Below, piece by piece: positions 63,122 to 64,000 of a stretch of 64,000 bases of DNA; position 1 is the first letter of the stretch, and every line of letters starts with the position of its first letter. The DNA is from Octopus bimaculoides. Its lineage: Eukaryota. The position numbers and the translations under genes are program-made. The stretch lies in the NCBI RefSeq assembly GCF_001194135.2, contig NC_068990.1:7109247-7173246 (forward strand), written 5' to 3'. The notes beneath the pieces are model-generated. The model was not told the DNA's origin. It ran no database searches and saw only the letters and a program-made list of their open reading frames with translations.

Positions 63122-63657
63122 TATATACATACATACATATATTTATACATGTAGAACACCATGTAAACTGCTATCAAGCTGACCTAAGATAAAAGCTATT
63201 TCATTTATGACCACCCTGTCTTACTGTTAGATGTAACATGTCTGAGGCATCATTATCCAAAGAGCTTTTGTGCTTTCAAACAAAATAATAGGGTGTTGTT
63301 TGAGGGAGATTCAACTGTTATTTCTATTAAGCTGATAGGCTAAATTTTATACAACTGACAACCTTCAAGAAACTCACTGCATCCTTAGAATCTATTGAGA
63401 GAAATAATCAGAGATAATAAATTGTTTCTTCTTAAATTTACTTTTAAATTCCAGTCTTTCTTTCAAGATATGCTAAAACTGAAATCAGCAGTGGAAAAGA
63501 CACGGAGGCGTAATTAAATCATGTTGAAATATCCTTCTCTTGCAATGGCAGAATGCTATGATACAGTTTCTGTTTTCCTTCTAGGTGACACTATCACTGA
63601 AGCTATTTCTCTGAATGAAGACAGTTTGATGGTCTTGGGATCACTTCTTAGTAACAG
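4438..63657 (+). CDS. DNAH5: Axonemal dynein heavy chain, DNAH5/DNAH8-like (outer-arm gamma-type); partial multi-exon gene, 15 exons in window, open at both ends
   Basis: 15 exons with canonical AG/GT sites join in frame with compatible phases. The translation is colinear with recalled vertebrate DNAH5 (PPxAGRIx[70 protein letters not shown]). DNAH5 versus DNAH8 orthology cannot be resolved by eye. Confidence 0.93.
4898..5156 (-). mobile_element. SINE 3' portion with (AAC)n tail, truncated by an N-gap
   Basis: Near-identical body to 13980-14230. Confidence 0.7.
5200..6092. repeat. Interspersed repeat, probably Penelope-associated, with inverted duplication (arms 5608-5825 and 5880-6092)
   Basis: Arms are reverse complements by eye; related sequence at 8160-8520; contains a decayed hammerhead-like motif. 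Confidence 0.6.
6410..7542 (+). mobile_element. hAT-superfamily (Charlie/SPIN/GTF2IRD2-like) transposase 3' half with candidate right TIR; decayed
   Basis: [15 protein letters not shown]...[24 protein letters not shown], then [15 protein letters not shown]...LDFYK...[11 protein letters not shown] (dimerisation-domain-like); aaaagggttccccatctgtg at 7523-7542 resembles a hAT TIR. Confidence 0.8.
7666..8130 (-). mobile_element. RTE-type 3' UTR repeat with internal subrepeats
   Basis: Same family as 368-575, with (CAT)n tail. Confidence 0.7.
8160..8520. repeat. Interspersed repeat related to 5200-6092, containing a decayed hammerhead-like motif
   Basis: Shared blocks ctttctataggctaccttt and gaagattacattgtttt...ggaata...tcttcaaaaca. 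Confidence 0.55.
8550..9085 (-). mobile_element. Internally deleted Tc1/mariner (ITm) transposon
   Basis: Minus strand: [13 protein letters not shown] (N-terminus) joined to [18 protein letters not shown]...[12 protein letters not shown] (DDE motifs QDxAPxH and WPxxSPDxNP); TA-cagggtg end at 8550. Confidence 0.7.
9180..9940. mobile_element. Nested SINE (minus) with an RTE-type 3' UTR repeat (plus, about 9330-9710) inserted
   Basis: SINE tail at 9180-9330 and head at 9760-9940 are separated by the (GAT)n-tailed repeat. Confidence 0.6.
10926..11001 (+). pseudogene. tRNA-like sequence with CAT (Met-type) anticodon; probable pseudogene or SINE head
   Basis: D-arm agctt...tggtcgagagc, anticodon loop cacataa (CAT at 10962-10964, A instead of U33), T-arm gtgag-ttcgagt-ctcat; mismatches in acceptor and anticodon stems; T6 run just downstream. 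Confidence 0.6.
11118..11390 (-). mobile_element. RTE-type 3' UTR repeat
   Basis: Same family as 368-575. Confidence 0.65.
11875..12292. repeat. GC-rich 139-bp direct repeat pair (11875-12013 and 12154-12292), period 279 bp
   Basis: Two copies differ at only a few positions by eye. Confidence 0.9.
13686..13751 (+). CDS. DNAH5: Dynein heavy chain exon B (66 nt, phase 0/0)
   Basis: tttag|CAC...GAG|gtgag; [22 protein letters not shown], corresponds to recalled DNAH5 [21 protein letters not shown]. Confidence 0.85.
13980..14360 (-). mobile_element. Full-length tRNA(Arg-like)-derived SINE
   Basis: Minus-strand head gtggaggcgcaatg...cagtggttagggcagtggactcgcag...gatttcgattccc with A/B-box-like motifs; body shared with 4898-5156. 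Confidence 0.7.
14635..14864 (+). CDS. DNAH5: Dynein heavy chain exon C (phase 0/2)
   Basis: taag|CTT...TG|gtatgt; [49 protein letters not shown]... Confidence 0.9.
16396..18990 (-). mobile_element. Near full-length decayed Chapaev3-type (CMC superfamily) DNA transposon
   Basis: Minus strand: [15 protein letters not shown]...[16 protein letters not shown]...[48 protein letters not shown]...EEHGERFH; ends cacaagtctgc (16396) and gcagacttgg (18981-18990) plus matching subterminal atgttgatttca/tgaaatcaacat; family name from recalled motifs. Confidence 0.75.
17006..17237 (+). mobile_element. Young tRNA-derived SINE inserted in the Chapaev3-type transposase, flanked by a 22-bp TSD
   Basis: ggtatcaactatgac(t/a)ttgtaa at 16984-17005 and 17238-17259; B-box-like gagttcaaattcc. 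Confidence 0.85.
19200..19830 (+). mobile_element. Highly decayed CR1/Jockey-like LINE 3' fragment
   Basis: [10 protein letters not shown] and FEQHLDIL...DNPT-like remnants at about 19710-19790. Confidence 0.35.
20437..20868. repeat. Composite repeat: 259-bp-period direct repeat plus 67-bp inverted repeat (20650-20716 / 20802-20868)
   Basis: Inverted arms match at 66 of 67 positions; gtaaaatatatttgccaacta occurs at 20437 and 20696 and inverted at 20802. Confidence 0.85.
21493..21644 (+). CDS. DNAH5: Dynein heavy chain exon D (phase 2/1)
   Basis: gaag|G TTT...ACA T|gtgagt; [50 protein letters not shown]. Confidence 0.92.
22678..22926. mobile_element. Non-autonomous element with 21-bp perfect inverted repeats enclosing a (TTAGGG)n tract; Helentron/HINE-like or MITE
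   Basis: taatttcaaccaatcactgac (22678-22698) / gtcagtgattggttgaaatta (22906-22926); TAGGG(TTAGGG)4 at 22769-22797. Confidence 0.65.
23913..24207 (-). mobile_element. tRNA-headed SINE with (AAT)n spacer and hammerhead-bearing 3' part; ribozyme core mutated
   Basis: Reverse complement of 24214-24462; core reads ATGAAGA...AAAACATT. Confidence 0.8.
24214..24495 (+). mobile_element. tRNA-headed SINE with (AAT)n spacer and hammerhead-bearing 3' part
   Basis: A-box tagtggttaag 24220-24230, B-box gggttcgattcc 24257-24268, (AAT)n about 24284-24319, hammerhead 24369-24414. Confidence 0.8.
24369..24414 (+). ncRNA. Candidate minimal type-I hammerhead ribozyme (dimer-type)
   Basis: Stem I GAGAC/GTGTT (one mismatch); CTGATGA core 24374-24380; extra A; stem II GGCTGG/TCAGCC; GAAA 24402-24405; palindromic ACGT stem III; GUU triplet, predicted cut after 24409. 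Confidence 0.7.
24665..24850 (+). mobile_element. tRNA-derived SINE with CORE-like gagcaaggcactt block
   Basis: Head gtggttagagcatcaggctcacaatcatgaggt...agttcgattc; related copies at 30200-30530 and 32250-32570 (minus). Confidence 0.6.
25456..25663 (+). CDS. DNAH5: Dynein heavy chain exon E (phase 1/2)
   Basis: ttcag|AC ATC...AGT GT|gtatgt; [43 protein letters not shown]...; donor chosen among several nearby GTs by phase match to the next exon. Confidence 0.88.
27429..27867. mobile_element. Fold-back element: arms of about 178 bp (27429-27606 / 27690-27867) around an 83-bp spacer
   Basis: Arms are reverse complements by eye; TA-rich flanks. Confidence 0.8.
27916..28647. other. Assembly gap (N run); other gaps at 5157-5166, 6167-6265, 41820-42133 and 62443-63037
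   Basis: Runs of N. Confidence 0.99.
28796..28892. repeat. Perfect 29-bp inverted repeat with 39-bp spacer; short relative of the 27429 element
   Basis: acatacaaaaataagaggaatgaccagca / tgctggtcattcctcttatttttgtatgt; upstream 28725-28800 resembles 27320-27425. Confidence 0.8.
29056..29276 (+). CDS. DNAH5: Dynein heavy chain exon F (phase 2/1)
   Basis: ttcag|T TCA...AAG A|gtaagt; [16 protein letters not shown]...[27 protein letters not shown]. Confidence 0.9.
30200..30530 (-). mobile_element. tRNA-derived SINE (CORE-like block family)
   Basis: Related to 24665 and 32250. Confidence 0.6.
31118..31340 (+). mobile_element. tRNA-derived SINE (17006-type body)
   Basis: gctggcagaatcatta...gagttcaaatcctgctgaggttgac. 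Confidence 0.6.
31385..31745 (+). mobile_element. tRNA-derived SINE, major family, with internal (TA/TG)n
   Basis: gcaggagtagctgtgtggtaagtagcttgcttaccaaccacatggtt...gggttcagtccca head; ends actgaaacaagtaaaagag. Confidence 0.75.
32250..32570 (-). mobile_element. tRNA-derived SINE (CORE-like block family)
   Basis: Related to 30200-30530. Confidence 0.55.
32676..32914 (+). CDS. DNAH5: Dynein heavy chain exon G (phase 1/0)
   Basis: tttag|GT ACT...GTG|gtaaac (alternative donor 3 nt upstream possible); [13 protein letters not shown]...[32 protein letters not shown]. Confidence 0.9.
34160..35005 (-). mobile_element. Penelope-like element fragment (linker and GIY-YIG endonuclease) with a short 5' inversion
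   Basis: [25 protein letters not shown]...HRQQI (GIY-YIG type) and IPFIGTHNP linker; 34658-34700 is repeated inverted at 34963-35004. Confidence 0.75.
35030..35670 (-). mobile_element. RTE-type LINE reverse-transcriptase core fragment
   Basis: [13 protein letters not shown]...[19 protein letters not shown], then [13 protein letters not shown]. Confidence 0.8.
36765..37000 (+). mobile_element. RTE-type LINE ORF C-terminal fragment
   Basis: [20 protein letters not shown]...TMDQDVW. Confidence 0.75.
37656..37868 (+). CDS. DNAH5: Dynein heavy chain exon H (phase 0/0)
   Basis: tttag|CCT...CGG|gtatgc; PDISEAEV...[25 protein letters not shown]...[10 protein letters not shown]. Confidence 0.9.
38055..38240 (+). 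mobile_element. mariner-like terminal fragment
   Basis: gctgaaaagttcctggcttt TIR-like start after a (TA)n tract. Confidence 0.4.
38780..38960 (-). mobile_element. tRNA-derived SINE, major family
   Basis: Reverse complement of the 31385-type head. Confidence 0.7.
39524..39825 (+). mobile_element. tRNA-derived SINE, major family
   Basis: gtgcaggagtggctgtgtggtaagtagc...ccgggttcagtcc head. Confidence 0.75.
40641..40819. repeat. Mirror-arranged short-repeat arrays (ggacatttacccc-type x3 facing ggggtaattgtcct-type x4)
   Basis: Left units are reverse complements of right units. Confidence 0.6.
40850..41020 (-). mobile_element. tRNA-derived SINE, major family
   Basis: Reverse complement of the 39524-type head. 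Confidence 0.75.
41650..42378 (+). mobile_element. Two RTE-type 3' UTR repeats flanking an N-gap
   Basis: Same family on both sides of gap 41820-42133. Confidence 0.65.
42913..42993 (+). CDS. DNAH5: Dynein heavy chain exon I (81 nt, phase 0/0)
   Basis: tttag|GAT...AGG|gtaagt; [27 protein letters not shown]. Confidence 0.88.
43390..44230 (+). mobile_element. Decayed Merlin (IS1595/ISXO2-like) DNA transposon
   Basis: [39 protein letters not shown]...WRA, TVNHS...THTQ; 5' block repeated at about 46950-47040. Confidence 0.75.
44314..44880. repeat. Rearranged duplication A-B...A(inverted)-B
   Basis: A 44314-44449 inverted at 44643-44779; B 44460-44560 direct at 44788-44880. Confidence 0.75.
48230..48420 (-). 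mobile_element. tRNA-derived SINE (17006-type body)
   Basis: Matches 1925-2112. Confidence 0.6.
48540..48845 (-). mobile_element. tRNA-derived SINE, major family (5'-truncated)
   Basis: Matches 31385-31745. Confidence 0.7.
48892..49296 (+). CDS. DNAH5: Dynein heavy chain exon J (405 nt, phase 0/0)
   Basis: poly-T tag|AGT...CAG|gtaaa; [36 protein letters not shown]...[17 protein letters not shown]...PIEEAYSLL. Confidence 0.94.
49640..50065 (-). mobile_element. Two tandem or nested SINEs of the 17006-type with different 3' tails
   Basis: Bodies at 49640-49825 and 49827-50062. Confidence 0.7.
50150..50426. mobile_element. MITE-like element with 29-bp perfect terminal inverted repeats
   Basis: ctaattctgcctgcccttatataatgtgg (50150-50178) / ccacattatataagggcaggcagaattag (50398-50426). 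Confidence 0.75.
51930..52635. mobile_element. LINE (RTE-clade-like) insertion with 5' inversion
   Basis: Minus 51940-52170: [29 protein letters not shown]...[18 protein letters not shown] (RT N-terminus); plus 52180-52630: [18 protein letters not shown]...[13 protein letters not shown]...RRMRLDGH (C-terminus). Confidence 0.85.
52805..52923 (+). CDS. DNAH5: Dynein heavy chain exon K (phase 0/2)
   Basis: acag|TCT...AA|gtaagg; [39 protein letters not shown]. Confidence 0.9.
52970..53157. repeat. Compound (CA)n/CATG microsatellite
   Basis: Direct inspection; one of many (CA)n, (TA)n, (CAT)n and (AAT)n tracts (e.g. 4221-4255, 24050-24131, 37938-38025, 43100-43156). Confidence 0.9.
54420..54705 (-). 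mobile_element. tRNA-derived SINE, major family
   Basis: Matches 39524-39825. Confidence 0.7.
57591..57890 (+). CDS. DNAH5: Dynein heavy chain exon L (phase 2/2)
   Basis: tttag|A GGC...ACT AG|gtaaat; [15 protein letters not shown]...[16 protein letters not shown]...[11 protein letters not shown]. Confidence 0.95.
58330..59160 (+). mobile_element. Internally deleted Penelope-like element
   Basis: GPKFTPIP and [27 protein letters not shown] (PLE pre-RT IIKxADKG motif) followed directly by C-terminus-like [10 protein letters not shown]. Confidence 0.6.
59305..59520. mobile_element. Imperfect fold-back/MITE-like element
   Basis: tatttagagaaagacagt.atgg...gtttcacatccataaagtgcttagc mirrored by gctaagtgctttatggacgtgaaac...actgtctttctctaaata. 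Confidence 0.7.
59969..60209 (+). CDS. DNAH5: Dynein heavy chain exon M (phase 2/0)
   Basis: gtag|G TGT...GAG|gtaatt; [47 protein letters not shown]...[12 protein letters not shown]. Confidence 0.95.
61330..61860 (+). mobile_element. mariner (DD34D-type) transposase 3' fragment
   Basis: [23 protein letters not shown] motif; TIR-like aatttttgacttacc at about 61840. Confidence 0.8.
61937..62063 (+). CDS. DNAH5: Dynein heavy chain exon N (phase 0/1)
   Basis: gtag|GAT...AAA G|gtttgt; [42 protein letters not shown]. Confidence 0.94.
62085..62360 (-). mobile_element. mariner 5' fragment, decayed
   Basis: Minus-strand start resembles the mariner N-terminus (ERSH...ATK...VQR). Confidence 0.4.
63585..63657 (+). 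CDS. DNAH5: Dynein heavy chain exon O (phase 1/2)
   Basis: ctag|GT GAC...AAC AG|gtaaat; [25 protein letters not shown]. Confidence 0.93.
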
Positions 63658-63768
63658 GTAAATGTTCTTTCTCTGAATTTAAACAATTGCTTTGAGATTT
63701 TTTGTTGTTGTTTATATATATATATAATATATCTTTGATAAATCTACATCCTATATATATACATATAT

Positions 63769-63806
<38 letters not shown>

Positions 63807-63896
63807 GGGAGAATATACAAAAAATAACAACAGACGAGGACAGGTGGTGTAAATAACAAAAGTATATATTAGTATGACGCTCGGGAATACGGAAAG

Positions 63897-63933
63897 TCTT
63901 TGACGTTTCGAGCTACGCTCTTCAACAGAAAGA
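63897..63933 (-). ncRNA. Candidate minimal type-I hammerhead ribozyme, A6U core variant
   Basis: Minus strand TCTTT-CTGTTGA-A-GAGC(GTA)GCTC-GAAAC-GTC-AAAGA: perfect 5-bp stem I, 4-bp stem II, palindromic ACGT stem III, GUC triplet. Confidence 0.6.
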
Positions 63934-64000
63934 ATACGGAGACAAGGAGAAAAACACGGAGAAAAAAAATTGAATAGTGTTCAGTCAACGGTCAATCATA

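Overview
AT-rich, microsatellite-rich animal genomic DNA with five N-gaps. The repeat content suggests a cephalopod, probably Octopus (inference). The window lies inside one large plus-strand gene, an axonemal outer-arm dynein heavy chain of the DNAH5/DNAH8 type. I traced 15 GT-AG exons (2933 nt, about 977 codons, all phases compatible) from the N-terminal tail into the start of the linker region; the gene runs off both ends of the window. The introns are a mosaic of decayed mobile elements: tRNA-derived SINEs, RTE and CR1-like LINE pieces, Penelope-like (PLE) fragments, a Gypsy integrase relic, and hAT, Tc1/mariner, Merlin and near full-length Chapaev3-type DNA transposons, plus many fold-back/MITE-like inverted repeats. 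The most interesting signal is a set of hammerhead-ribozyme motifs. One tRNA-headed SINE carries a minimal type-I hammerhead in its 3' part (24369-24414) and sits head-to-head with a second copy, forming a 550-bp palindrome. A second minimal hammerhead with an A6U core variant lies at 63897-63933 on the minus strand. Two decayed hammerheads with an extended stem II lie at 5466-5551 and 8409-8494. Repeat boundaries are approximate unless exact sequences are quoted, and family names come from recalled motifs, not database searches.
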